From: a virus
IMG/VR virus record: IMGVR_UViG_3300040810_000656
Span: 32,993 to 96,992 of that record
DNA length: 64,000 nucleotides
Direction: 5' to 3' (one strand)
Shown: positions 48,445 to 56,668 of the stretch, piece by piece
Layout: the number at the start of each line of letters is the position of its first letter
Position numbering within the stretch: the stretch's first letter is position 1
Notes under the pieces: model-generated
The model's input: only the letters and a program-made list of their open reading frames with translations
Told to the model about the DNA's origin: nothing
Databases searched by the model: none
Made by a program: the position numbers and the translations under genes

Positions 48445-49103
48445 GATTTGCTCAAGAAAATTTTGTTTACTTTTATTTTTAATTGTTGATAGACATATTC
48501 TGCCAATGCCACTGACGCATTATTATCACTTGGATAATGAACACCTTGTTTTATCCTAGCTTTTGCTGTATCTAGTTTAATTTTTTCAAATTTGTTTTTT
48601 AACGATGGGTATTTATCAGATAATATATTTGCAACTAAAGCACTATAAAAAGTATGACCAGAAGGGTAAGATGGAGTGTGTATTGTTTGTGTGACAATTA
48701 CATCTAGATTTAGGTCATAGTATTTTGCTAATTGAATTGGTCTTGGTCTATTGTAATAGTTTTTCAAGTTCATTAGAACTGGTCTAGTTACATTATAAAA
48801 AAAGTCTATATATGGTTGAGGATATATAAGTCTATTTTTTTTCATCAAGTCTATATAATATTGATCAATGTCTTCATCATGACCGTAGACGAGAAAAAGA
48901 TCTTTTCTATTTCTGTTATTGGTTTCATTCTGTATTAATTCAAGCTCTCTTTTTGTGGTTTCGCTAGAGTTTTTTGGCGGGGGAGTTAAAATTTTTTTCC
49001 AATCAAAATCAATAAGGTTACTAACTCCCCATTCGTATGTTTCGCCAGTATATACTTCGGACTCTAGCTTATTAAAGCTAAAAAACCTTAAAACATTTAC
49101 CAC
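48441..49103 (-). CDS. PAP2-superfamily phosphatase / vanadium haloperoxidase-like protein
   Basis: KNYYNRPRP; PSYPSGH; ARIKQGVHYPSD. Confidence 0.85.
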   Translation of the reverse strand: MVNVLRFFSFNKLESEVYTGETYEWGVSNLIDFDWKKILTPPPKNSSETTKRELELIQNETNNRNRKDLFLVYGHDEDIDQYYIDLMKKNRLIYPQPYIDFFYNVTRPVLMNLKNYYNRPRPIQLAKYYDLNLDVIVTQTIHTPSYPSGHTFYSALVANILSDKYPSLKNKFEKIKLDTAKARIKQGVHYPSDNNASVALAEYVYQQLKIKVNKIFLSKS

Positions 49104-49759
49104 TTTTTACAACTCCAGTACCTTGCTTTCCATTTTGGTCCAGGTGTATCACACTTATGTCTAGCTCTGAAACTACGACGCCTTGCAGGATCGTCTCGTT
49201 TAATTTCCATGTTAGGATCACCAAAACGTACAATGACAACATTTCCGCTGCCGTTCTTAGTATAGACAGCAAACTTCTTTGGGCCACTTGGAGTGCGAAA
49301 TGGTTTATTAAGAGTTACCTTACGGCCCTGATATTCAGCGTTCTGTGCCTTCTTCCAGGCTTCTGGATCTGGACGATCTTTATCTCCTGGCTTCGCTGGC
49401 TTATAATCCTTGCCTTCACGCTCTTTTTTTCTGCGAATATTTTCCCATAGTCCAGGTTTTTCCTTAGCTACATCCCATTCGTCATAGATGGGAGGGGCTG
49501 AAGCTTCTGTTTCCATTTCAATATAGTCTTCTTCTTTTGGTATGATAAAATTGTCTACTGTAAGATCTTCAGTATACCCGAAATTATCGTACTCATAAAA
49601 AGCTTCTGCTGCTTCCATAATGTTTGCTTTTGACTGACGAATGCAAATAGCATAACGCTGACTGTTGTCTGAGTATTCTTCGTTCATTTTTGGATCGCTC
49701 ATACAACGAGCCATAAAGTCTTCTTTGGGTTCTTTGTTTTTTGGGTTTGGAATCGGCAT
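49097..49759 (-). CDS. Modular basic phage protein of unknown function
   Basis: MPIPNPK..E.KEDFMARCM module; acidic linker; KPGLWENIRRK module; VRFGDPNMEIKRDDPARRRSFRARHKC..ARYWSC module. Confidence 0.6.
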   Translation of the reverse strand: MPIPNPKNKEPKEDFMARCMSDPKMNEEYSDNSQRYAICIRQSKANIMEAAEAFYEYDNFGYTEDLTVDNFIIPKEEDYIEMETEASAPPIYDEWDVAKEKPGLWENIRRKKEREGKDYKPAKPGDKDRPDPEAWKKAQNAEYQGRKVTLNKPFRTPSGPKKFAVYTKNGSGNVVIVRFGDPNMEIKRDDPARRRSFRARHKCDTPGPKWKARYWSCKKW

Positions 49760-49775
49760 AACAATAGTCCTTTTC

Positions 49776-50096
49776 TCATGAGTTAATATGTGGAAAACAA
49801 TCTTCAAATAATTTTTGCTCATCTTGATAATAACTATTTTTACACATTTTAGCCACTAATGATTTGGCTTTTGCTCTTTTCATTCCAATATGAACTAATC
49901 CACCAACAACTAAATCAATAGTTTTTTGGGCGGTTTGTACTGAAACGGGTTTGCTCTGATTTGCTATGTTATTTTTGATAGGTTGCTCACACATAGAAAC
50001 CTCTACAGAGATATTGTTTTGTGCAATTATTAAATTACCCCAAAGCCAACCACAAAAATAGACAATAATACCACCAATAAAACCATAAATAAGCAT
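49776..50096 (-). CDS. Membrane-anchored protein with RuvA C-terminal-like helical motif
   Basis: N-terminal TM; VVGGLVHIGMKRAKAKSLVAKM resembles RuvA domain III. Confidence 0.45.
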   Translation of the reverse strand: MLIYGFIGGIIVYFCGWLWGNLIIAQNNISVEVSMCEQPIKNNIANQSKPVSVQTAQKTIDLVVGGLVHIGMKRAKAKSLVAKMCKNSYYQDEQKLFEDCFPHINS

Positions 50097-50371
50097 TACT
50101 TCCTCTTTTTTGCTCGCGTTTTTCTATAGGTACGAATATCTGAAATTTCTTGCTTTTGTTTTGGTAATTTAGATAACTCTATTCTTTTTATTTCAGCTTC
50201 AGAGCTTTGTCTGATAATCTGTCCTTCAGAATTTAAGCGTTTCTCAGCTTTTCTTCTGATATTATCGGCTTCTCGTTCTAATCTCTTTAGCTGTGACTCA
50301 TTATACCTTTTGCAATGATTTTGCCAAGCTTCAGTTTCACGAAAAAATTCTTTCTGTCTTTTTTTATTCAT
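50096..50371 (-). CDS. Basic hypothetical protein
   Basis: ORF in operon. Confidence 0.55.
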   Translation of the reverse strand: MNKKRQKEFFRETEAWQNHCKRYNESQLKRLEREADNIRRKAEKRLNSEGQIIRQSSEAEIKRIELSKLPKQKQEISDIRTYRKTRAKKRK

Positions 50372-50547
50372 GTATTGTTTCCAAGTTTATTTTTCAATTT
50401 GCATATCTCCTTATCAATTTTCTTCTTCTTTTTTGTAAGCTCACGATAATCTGAAGAATTTAGTTGAGGTTGATAAAGTCTTTCAGAAATTCTTGAAAGC
50501 TGTTCTTCCATTGAATGAATTTTAGATAGAATGCTTTTGTTAGTCAT
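50368..50547 (-). CDS. Small coiled-coil protein, 59 aa, absent from the ORF track
   Basis: MTNKSILSKIHSMEEQL...; AAAGGG RBS-like; ATGA overlap with the next gene. Confidence 0.55.
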   Translation of the reverse strand: MTNKSILSKIHSMEEQLSRISERLYQPQLNSSDYRELTKKKKKIDKEICKLKNKLGNNT

Positions 50548-50560
50548 TTTTTACCCTTTT

Positions 50561-50595
50561 AAAAAATAGAGAGGCATCTACTATAGATACCTCTC
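50561..50595 (-). terminator. Intrinsic terminator
   Basis: GAGAGGTATCTA-loop-TAGATGCCTCTC then TATTTTTT. Confidence 0.75.
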
Positions 50596-50600
50596 CACTG

Positions 50601-50864
50601 CTACTGATATTCCATCAAAATCTTCTTGGCTAAATCAACATCATTAGCACAAGACAAAAGAAATCTTCTAGCGTTCGCATGGAGTTCTTTTGAATCAGAA
50701 ACAGCTCTGTCCCTATATCTGCCAAGCACAGCGGCTACCTGCTGAACAGAAACAACCCGCCCGTATTTTGCTTCTAAGTGTTTAGTCCACCACTTATTAG
50801 TATGGTTATGACCAACAACTTTTACTTCTTCTCTAATTAGATCCGCATTAGTGATTCTGCTCAT
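50601..50864 (-). CDS. Hypothetical protein
   Basis: AAGGAG RBS; ORF. Confidence 0.6.
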   Translation of the reverse strand: MSRITNADLIREEVKVVGHNHTNKWWTKHLEAKYGRVVSVQQVAAVLGRYRDRAVSDSKELHANARRFLLSCANDVDLAKKILMEYQ

Positions 50865-50877
50865 GAATAATCTCCTT

Positions 50878-51204
50878 CTATGCCTTAACGGGCTTTACTA
50901 CCTTAGAGAATGTACTTGGTAAGACACTATAGCTAACCCGATTATTACCCTCTTTATCTTCCCAAGACCTTTGACGAAGACGACCATCAATAATAACACG
51001 ATCACCCTTGGAAAGGTCTACATTACGAGAATAGTCAGCATGACTGCCCCATCCATCAACATCTAGGTATAGAGTTTCTTCACGCCCATTGCCAACCTGT
51101 TCATTTACTGCAACGCGAAAAGTCACTAATTCCTTATCAGAAACGTTCTTATATTCAGGATCACGGGTAAGATTACCCTTTAGCAAAACTCTGTTATTTA
51201 GCAT
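50878..51204 (-). CDS. ssb: Single-stranded DNA-binding protein lacking an acidic tail
   Basis: NRVLLKGNLTRDPE; LSKGDRVIIDGRLRQRSWEDKEG. Confidence 0.92.
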   Translation of the reverse strand: MLNNRVLLKGNLTRDPEYKNVSDKELVTFRVAVNEQVGNGREETLYLDVDGWGSHADYSRNVDLSKGDRVIIDGRLRQRSWEDKEGNNRVSYSVLPSTFSKVVKPVKA

Positions 51205-51293
51205 AAATAGCTCTCCATTATAAATCAAAAACACACATAAAACAGCCACGATGACTGTATTGTATTATCAAAGACAGAAAGCGAAAACGCACA

Positions 51294-51614
51294 TCATAAT
51301 TTATTCAGCCAAACATTACTTCCTGTCAAATCTTCTAAGAATTTTTTGGCATCCTTAACATCATAAAAATCCCCCATAGCGTAATATTGAGTTGGATATT
51401 TAGGTGCAGATCCTTCTTCCTTATCATAAAGGCCATAAACTCTATAGAATATTTCATCTGTATCATCATATTCAGCAAGATATTCTTCTGAATTTCTTAT
51501 GTGAATTATCTCTGTTCCTCCTCCAGATAACCATATTTCACGCAGGGTCATTATTTCAAATCCAAAAAACTTTGATTTGTAATTTGGATTGTATACAAAC
51601 GCATTACATATCAT
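51294..51614 (-). CDS. Hypothetical protein
   Basis: ORF with GAGG RBS downstream of the tmRNA. Confidence 0.55.
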   Translation of the reverse strand: MICNAFVYNPNYKSKFFGFEIMTLREIWLSGGGTEIIHIRNSEEYLAEYDDTDEIFYRVYGLYDKEEGSAPKYPTQYYAMGDFYDVKDAKKFLEDLTGSNVWLNKL

Positions 51615-51657
51615 TGTGTCCTCTGCAATTAATAAAGCTTTTGCTTAATAAATTAAG

Positions 51658-52008
51658 TGGAGGCGAGGGGAATCGAACCCCTGTCCAGAATAAATGCCTA
51701 TATAAACTTCTACATGTTTATCTAATCTTATTTTCTCGACCTCTTGACTCAAGACTAGCAGAACGTACAAGCGTCCAGCAACTATTGCTTAGGTCAACAT
51801 CGTTGCTATGCTGACAGCAGGAACATTTTACAGCGATTTTTCGGACCCTAGTTCCAGCGGTTCCTAAAATCGTCGTTACCTTCTCAGGCAGCGAGAGCTA
51901 GATGAGTTTCGCCATCTAAAGCGTTTAGTCCAGTTTTAACGTAGCCTCTAGACCAACTACGACATGCAATCTATATTTCTTTTTATCTGTCGATACCTTT
52001 ACGCCCCC
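51658..52008 (-). ncRNA. ssrA: tmRNA, 351 nt, tag (A)GETHLALAA
   Basis: 5' GGGGGCGTAAAGGTATCGAC; 3' T-arm GGGGTTCGATTCCCC then CGCCTCCA; G3-U70 Ala determinant; tag ORF 51884-51913 after TAGAT; CCA not encoded. Confidence 0.93.
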
Positions 52009-52218
52009 TTATGTATTCTCTTTAAAAACAATTCTCTTAATTCTTCTAGCTAGATTTGCAGCACCGACAATTCTACCTTCAGTATAATCATCAAGACCAT
52101 ACCCTAAAGTTCTTTGCCTGTTTGCTTGTTCCTGTAGTGCTTTATTGCAAATTTTGTAAACCTCATCTAACTGTTGTTGTTGCTGTTTAGTTAAGTAATT
52201 TGTGCCTTTATGTATCAT
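52009..52218 (-). CDS. Hypothetical protein
   Basis: ORF whose stop codon directly abuts the tmRNA 5' end. Confidence 0.55.
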   Translation of the reverse strand: MIHKGTNYLTKQQQQQLDEVYKICNKALQEQANRQRTLGYGLDDYTEGRIVGAANLARRIKRIVFKENT

Positions 52219-53486
52219 ACTACAATGTCCTTTATCAGCTTTCCTCCATCAATAATTTTTACGGGTCTATTGCCAGGGGCCATTAGAACCTTATTCGGAT
52301 CAATTCCAACCAGTGAGTATATTGTAGCAGCCCAATCTGCAATGTCAACTGGATTTTCTGAAGGCTCACTACCAGTGGCATCACTCTTTCCATAAATTAA
52401 TCCACGCTTAATACCACCGCCAGCGAGTACTGTACTATATACTTTAGGCCAATGATCACGCCCGCTAGTAGGATTAATCTTAGGAGTTCGACCGAATTCT
52501 GTGCCAACGATAACAAGAGTAGAATCAAGCATTCCTCTGTTGTCAAGATCATTTATTAATGCTCCAAAGGCTTTGTCAAATGGTGGTAAATTCCTCTGCA
52601 TCTGTCCAGCAATACCGTCGTGATGATCCCATCCACCATATGTCATCGTCACAAACCGTACTCCAGCTTCAACTAATCTTCTGCTTAAAAGCATTCTCAT
52701 GCCAGCAGCATTTTTACCATACATATCCTTTGTTTTATCATCTTCCTGGTTCAAATCAAAAGCATTAATAGCACTATCGGAGGACATAAGATCAAAAGCA
52801 TTCTCGTAAAAAGTGTCAAGTGCTGTAAGTTTGTCTGAAGCTTGCTCTTTACTAAACTTATTGTTGACAATATCGAGCATTTCTCTTCTTTTATCAAATC
52901 TTTTAAGCGTGATGTCGTCTGGTAAACGTAAATCCCGAACCTTAAAGTTTGGGCTTTCAGGATTACTACCAAGGCTAAAAGAAGAATATGAACTACTAAG
53001 ATAGCCAGTACCGGCAAATTCATTAGCAACTTGCGGAACGGAAACGTATGGAGGTAAATTATTTCTTACTCCTAACTCATGGCTAACAATAGCCCCGAAA
53101 CTTGGGTATTGCAGGGCAGGGGAAGGTCTATAACCTGTGAACATATTGTTCGTCCCACGTTCATGGGCTGTTTCGCTATGGGTCATAGAATTAATAACTG
53201 TAATTTTATCAGCAATCTTTGCTGTTTCAGGAAGATACTGACTAAATACTTCTCCGGTTAGATTTGTTTTTACTACAGAAAGAGGGCCACGATATTCTAC
53301 GGGTGCTAGAGGTTTTGGACCAAAAGATTCTTGGTGTGACATTCCTCCAGGCAGATAAATATAGATAACAGATTGTGCTTTAGCGTTAGGATTAATAGCA
53401 TCCTCTGCTTTAGCTTTTAAGTAAGATGGTAAAGACAAACCAAGACCACCAAGACCGCCAATAGTTAAAAAGTTTCTTCTATTCAT
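52215..53486 (-). CDS. DUF1501 family protein with Tat signal peptide
   Basis: MNRRNFL; IYIYLPGGMSHQESF.PKP; RRLVEAGVRFV; GWDHH; RGMLDSTLVIVGTEFGRTP; GRDHWP. Confidence 0.92.
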   Translation of the reverse strand: MNRRNFLTIGGLGGLGLSLPSYLKAKAEDAINPNAKAQSVIYIYLPGGMSHQESFGPKPLAPVEYRGPLSVVKTNLTGEVFSQYLPETAKIADKITVINSMTHSETAHERGTNNMFTGYRPSPALQYPSFGAIVSHELGVRNNLPPYVSVPQVANEFAGTGYLSSSYSSFSLGSNPESPNFKVRDLRLPDDITLKRFDKRREMLDIVNNKFSKEQASDKLTALDTFYENAFDLMSSDSAINAFDLNQEDDKTKDMYGKNAAGMRMLLSRRLVEAGVRFVTMTYGGWDHHDGIAGQMQRNLPPFDKAFGALINDLDNRGMLDSTLVIVGTEFGRTPKINPTSGRDHWPKVYSTVLAGGGIKRGLIYGKSDATGSEPSENPVDIADWAATIYSLVGIDPNKVLMAPGNRPVKIIDGGKLIKDIVV

Positions 53487-54409
53487 TCCATTCCTCTTAC
53501 ATTTGGATAGTTTGTCTTGAACCAATTACAAGTACTTCTTATTCCATGTATAAGTGAAGTATACACATTAAACCCAAGCTCTTTTAATTTTGAATTGGAG
53601 CTTGGTTTTCTTATTTGACCTATTGGCTTACTGTCATCATACACTATCGTCCCATTGAAGTCAAGAGCTTCAGAAATAATTTCTACAACATCTGCCAATA
53701 AATACTCTACAGAATTCCCAATATTGATTGGAGATTCATCATCGTAGTTTTCAACACAGAATAAAATCGCCCTAGCAATATCTTCTGCATAAGTAAATTC
53801 TCTAAAAACTTGCCCGTTGCCCCAAACCGAGACAGTTGGACTATTAGAAATCTTGGCTTCCCATATTTTCCTAATTAGTGCGGGGATAACATGACCATTA
53901 GTTAAATTGAAGTTGTCATGTTCACCATACATATTGTTGGGAATAACAGAAATATAGTCCAGCCCATATTGGTTTCGTATTGCTCTTGTCTGAACATCAA
54001 CCATTCTCTTGGCATAAGCGTAGCCAAAGTTAGATTCATGTGGTGGCCCATCATGAAGCTGATCTTCAGTTAGTGGGTAGGTTACATATTCCGCTGAAGG
54101 ATAAATACAAGTAGAAAGGCACGATACCAGCTTTGGCACTCCCCTTAGACTACATGCTTGCATTATGTTATTGTTCATAACAGAGTTTAGGTGATAAAAC
54201 ATAAATGGCTCATAAATGTTGGCTTGAACGCCACCAACTTTTGCTGCCAAATGAATAACTACATCTGGCTCATAAGCACCAATAACAGATGACACTTCCT
54301 CGTAATTAGTGCAATCCATTTCATTTCTATCTGGATAGATAGCGTCTGGTATTATTCTTTTAAAAGCGTTTCCTAATAATCCATTACCGCCAGTTATTAA
54401 ATATCGCAT
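53483..54409 (-). CDS. fcl: GDP-L-fucose synthase
   Basis: TGGNGLLG; HLAAKVGGV.AN; LSTCIYP; YAYAKR; PNNMYGEHDNF; HVIPALIRK; REFTY. Confidence 0.92.
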   Translation of the reverse strand: MRYLITGGNGLLGNAFKRIIPDAIYPDRNEMDCTNYEEVSSVIGAYEPDVVIHLAAKVGGVQANIYEPFMFYHLNSVMNNNIMQACSLRGVPKLVSCLSTCIYPSAEYVTYPLTEDQLHDGPPHESNFGYAYAKRMVDVQTRAIRNQYGLDYISVIPNNMYGEHDNFNLTNGHVIPALIRKIWEAKISNSPTVSVWGNGQVFREFTYAEDIARAILFCVENYDDESPINIGNSVEYLLADVVEIISEALDFNGTIVYDDSKPIGQIRKPSSNSKLKELGFNVYTSLIHGIRSTCNWFKTNYPNVRGME

Positions 54410-54709
54410 TTACTTCCAAACTTCTACTGGTTGCCAAACATTGTAGGTTTCTAGCGTCTTTTCATTTACTATGTATAGTCTACCAAATAATCCAGTTTTT
54501 ATTACTGGGCGATTCACTTCTATGACATGCGGGATAAGAAAATATTGTATATGTTTTACAGCAGGCTTTTCCAGAGGAACAACAATTTGAGGTTGTGGCT
54601 GCGTGAAAATAAACGCTGAAGGCTGCACCACTACTGGAGCAGTGTATACTTGAGAAAATGCAGTGACAGAGCAACATGCAAAAAATAAAGTAAATAATAG
54701 TTGTTTCAT
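54410..54709 (-). CDS. Secreted hypothetical protein
   Basis: Signal peptide; Pro/Val/Gln-rich; GLFGR. Confidence 0.6.
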   Translation of the reverse strand: MKQLLFTLFFACCSVTAFSQVYTAPVVVQPSAFIFTQPQPQIVVPLEKPAVKHIQYFLIPHVIEVNRPVIKTGLFGRLYIVNEKTLETYNVWQPVEVWK

Positions 54710-55044
54710 TTGTGTTCCTTCTCTATAAGCGTCTTCTTGGTTTCTTCAATTTCAGAAGATATGCCAAAACCATGAGAAGACTGAGTATAAAATTTATCAC
54801 CATCCTTAGTAATAATTTCCATTTTTGAGCTATCCATCCACATTAGTATAACTGAGTTTTGATCAAAATTCTGCCAATATCCCCAATTGGTTAAAAACCC
54901 ATCTGGATCAACATCTATCATTAAACCATCATCAAATAATCTTATAGCACCCCAAGATCTACAGTCCCATCCTCCAACAGCCCAGTGTTGATCGGCAAGA
55001 ACATCGGAACACCATAAACACATAATCAAAAAAATAGCTTTCAT
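54706..55044 (-). CDS. Secreted hypothetical protein
   Basis: Signal peptide ending VLA; GGAG RBS; Trp/Gly-rich beta pattern. Confidence 0.6.
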   Translation of the reverse strand: MKAIFLIMCLWCSDVLADQHWAVGGWDCRSWGAIRLFDDGLMIDVDPDGFLTNWGYWQNFDQNSVILMWMDSSKMEIITKDGDKFYTQSSHGFGISSEIEETKKTLIEKEHK

Positions 55045-55060
55045 AATAAATCTCCGTGTT

Positions 55061-55073
55061 TATTATATACACA
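55061..55073 (-). promoter_or_regulatory. Candidate late promoter TGTGTATATAATA
   Basis: Copy of the TGTGTAWATWNTA motif. Confidence 0.55.
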
Positions 55074-55082
55074 CTATTCAAA

Positions 55083-55155
55083 AGGTTCCTATCGGAGTTG
55101 AACCGATAACCTATACTTTACAAAAGTATTGCTCTGCCAATTGAGCTAAGGAACC
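55083..55155 (-). tRNA. tRNA-Thr(UGU)
   Basis: GGTTCCT/AGGAACC acceptor; GCTC/GAGC D arm; ATACT-TTTGTAA-AGTAT anticodon arm; ATCGG-TTCAACT-CCGAT T arm; no encoded CCA. Confidence 0.93.
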
Positions 55156-55178
55156 AAAAACTTGAATTCTCACAGATA

Positions 55179-55207
55179 GTTATAAACAATTTCAGAAGTT
55201 TTGTCAA
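55179..55207 (-). promoter_or_regulatory. Sigma-70-type promoter upstream of the tRNA
   Basis: TTGACA-N17-TATAAC. Confidence 0.75.
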
Positions 55208-55217
55208 CATTAAAAAC

Positions 55218-55250
55218 AAAAAAAAGACCCCAGATTTCTCCAGGGTCTTA
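55218..55250 (-). terminator. Intrinsic terminator
   Basis: AAGACCC-loop-GGGTCTT followed by a T-run on the minus strand. Confidence 0.8.
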
Positions 55251-55253
55251 TTT

Positions 55254-55349
55254 TTAATCTTTGTTTATCCTCTCTCCCAAAATAATCATATATACTGCAA
55301 TTACTGATAAGGGGAGAAGATAGAATATAAAAAACAGAGATAGTCCCAT
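55254..55349 (-). CDS. 31-aa hydrophobic membrane peptide, absent from the ORF track
   Basis: MGLSLFFIFYLLPLSVIAVYMIILGERINKD; TAATG overlap with the DUF1559 stop; ends just before the terminator. Confidence 0.55.
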   Translation of the reverse strand: MGLSLFFIFYLLPLSVIAVYMIILGERINKD

Positions 55350-56332
55350 TACTGTTGTGCCACTTCTCCTCCTGCACGGGTAATTAGTGCAGCGAATACT
55401 CTTAGATCAATATCCTCACTAACATAGGCGGTTGAACCATCTGTTCTGGTTACATTCATGCCACCAGGATGCCACGAAAATGCTTCACCATTATTGGTCT
55501 TGTTCATAGGGTGGCCCATGTTTCTAGCAGCACCCTTATCGCCATTAGCATCAATAGGATGAAGCTTGAACGGACCAAGACTATCTGCCCAGCCAAGACA
55601 CTGATTAATAACGTCTGGAACAACCTGTGCTGGAGTACCCTTAACCCAAGTTGGCCTTGATGCACATTCTGCTATAAGAAAAGTCTTGCTTGTTCCATCT
55701 CTAAACTGACCCATAGTAGTAACACGATCTTTAATTAAAGCACCATCTGCCTCTGGCCCCTTATTAGCATATGGATCTGGATTAAGAACCTTATTCTTTA
55801 CACCAGTAAATACCTCATAATCCGTGCGACCAAAAGGTACACCAGTGTTTAGTGCTGGTGCTGTAGAGTCTGAATCTCTTGATGGTCCATCTGGAAAATT
55901 TGTCCATTCTGATCCATCATAAGAATTAGAAGGACACTGGAATACCTTTACTTGCTGTTGTGCAATAAAAAGATTTTGTCCTTCCCACCAATGTAAATTC
56001 TTATCATAATTATCTGCTAGTGCTGCCTCTTCCATGTACGGTAGAAGATCAACTCTCCATGATCGCTCTGTTCGTGCTTTATTATCAGCAGGAGCAATTG
56101 GAGTTACAGAAGGGTCAATAGTATCAATAGTCCAACATGCTGCTGGAAACTTTTGTGTACCATTTTCAATATTATGTGCAGCCAAACCAAATTGACGCAT
56201 ATTGCTCATGCAATTCGCTCGTCGTGCTGCTTCTCTTGCAGATTGCACTGCTGGCAATAGAAGACCAACGAGAACACCTATAATAGCAATAACAACCAGT
56301 AGTTCGACTAGGGTAAAGCCCTTCTTTTTCAT
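55349..56332 (-). CDS. DUF1559 prepilin-type N-terminal cleavage/methylation protein
   Basis: MKKKG/FTLVELLVVIAIIGVLVGLLLPAVQSAREAARRANC; LLPYME; FQCPS; DGTSKT; HPGGMNVTRTDGS (H-X9-DG). Confidence 0.95.
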   Translation of the reverse strand: MKKKGFTLVELLVVIAIIGVLVGLLLPAVQSAREAARRANCMSNMRQFGLAAHNIENGTQKFPAACWTIDTIDPSVTPIAPADNKARTERSWRVDLLPYMEEAALADNYDKNLHWWEGQNLFIAQQQVKVFQCPSNSYDGSEWTNFPDGPSRDSDSTAPALNTGVPFGRTDYEVFTGVKNKVLNPDPYANKGPEADGALIKDRVTTMGQFRDGTSKTFLIAECASRPTWVKGTPAQVVPDVINQCLGWADSLGPFKLHPIDANGDKGAARNMGHPMNKTNNGEAFSWHPGGMNVTRTDGSTAYVSEDIDLRVFAALITRAGGEVAQQ

Positions 56333-56447
56333 TTTAAAATCCTTTGTTAGTGTAAATACTTTAACCATTGAAACCTATTATACCCATTTATCAATCTAGA
56401 TCAATTGTTAAAACATGTTAGAATTGTGTTAGCGAGATTGCTCAGAA

Positions 56448-56666
56448 TTATTCCTCTGGATACCAAAAGCTACAATAAAGCTGTCCATCGTAACGATCTA
56501 TTTCTGATTGGGGATATCCTTCTTTAACTAACCAATCATACATTGTTCCTTCTTCTTTATTGGGATCATAAAGCTTAGGAAAACCATATCTGTGTCCGCT
56601 TGGAGGATCAACCATAATTGGACGATTACAAGCCTTATTTTCTTTGTTATCCATCTGCTTCTCCAT
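56448..56666 (-). CDS. Hypothetical phage protein
   Basis: VDPPSGHRYGFPK...WLVKEGYP. Confidence 0.6.
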   Translation of the reverse strand: MEKQMDNKENKACNRPIMVDPPSGHRYGFPKLYDPNKEEGTMYDWLVKEGYPQSEIDRYDGQLYCSFWYPEE

Positions 56667-56668
56667 GT

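Noticed and set aside
51404-51814. 136-aa plus-strand ORF
   Set aside because: Antisense to the tmRNA and to a minus-strand gene; no protein-like features
55265-55322. Structured ncRNA from an imperfect inverted repeat downstream of DUF1559
   Set aside because: Better explained as the coding sequence of the coupled 31-aa peptide; the pairing is imperfect and low in complexity
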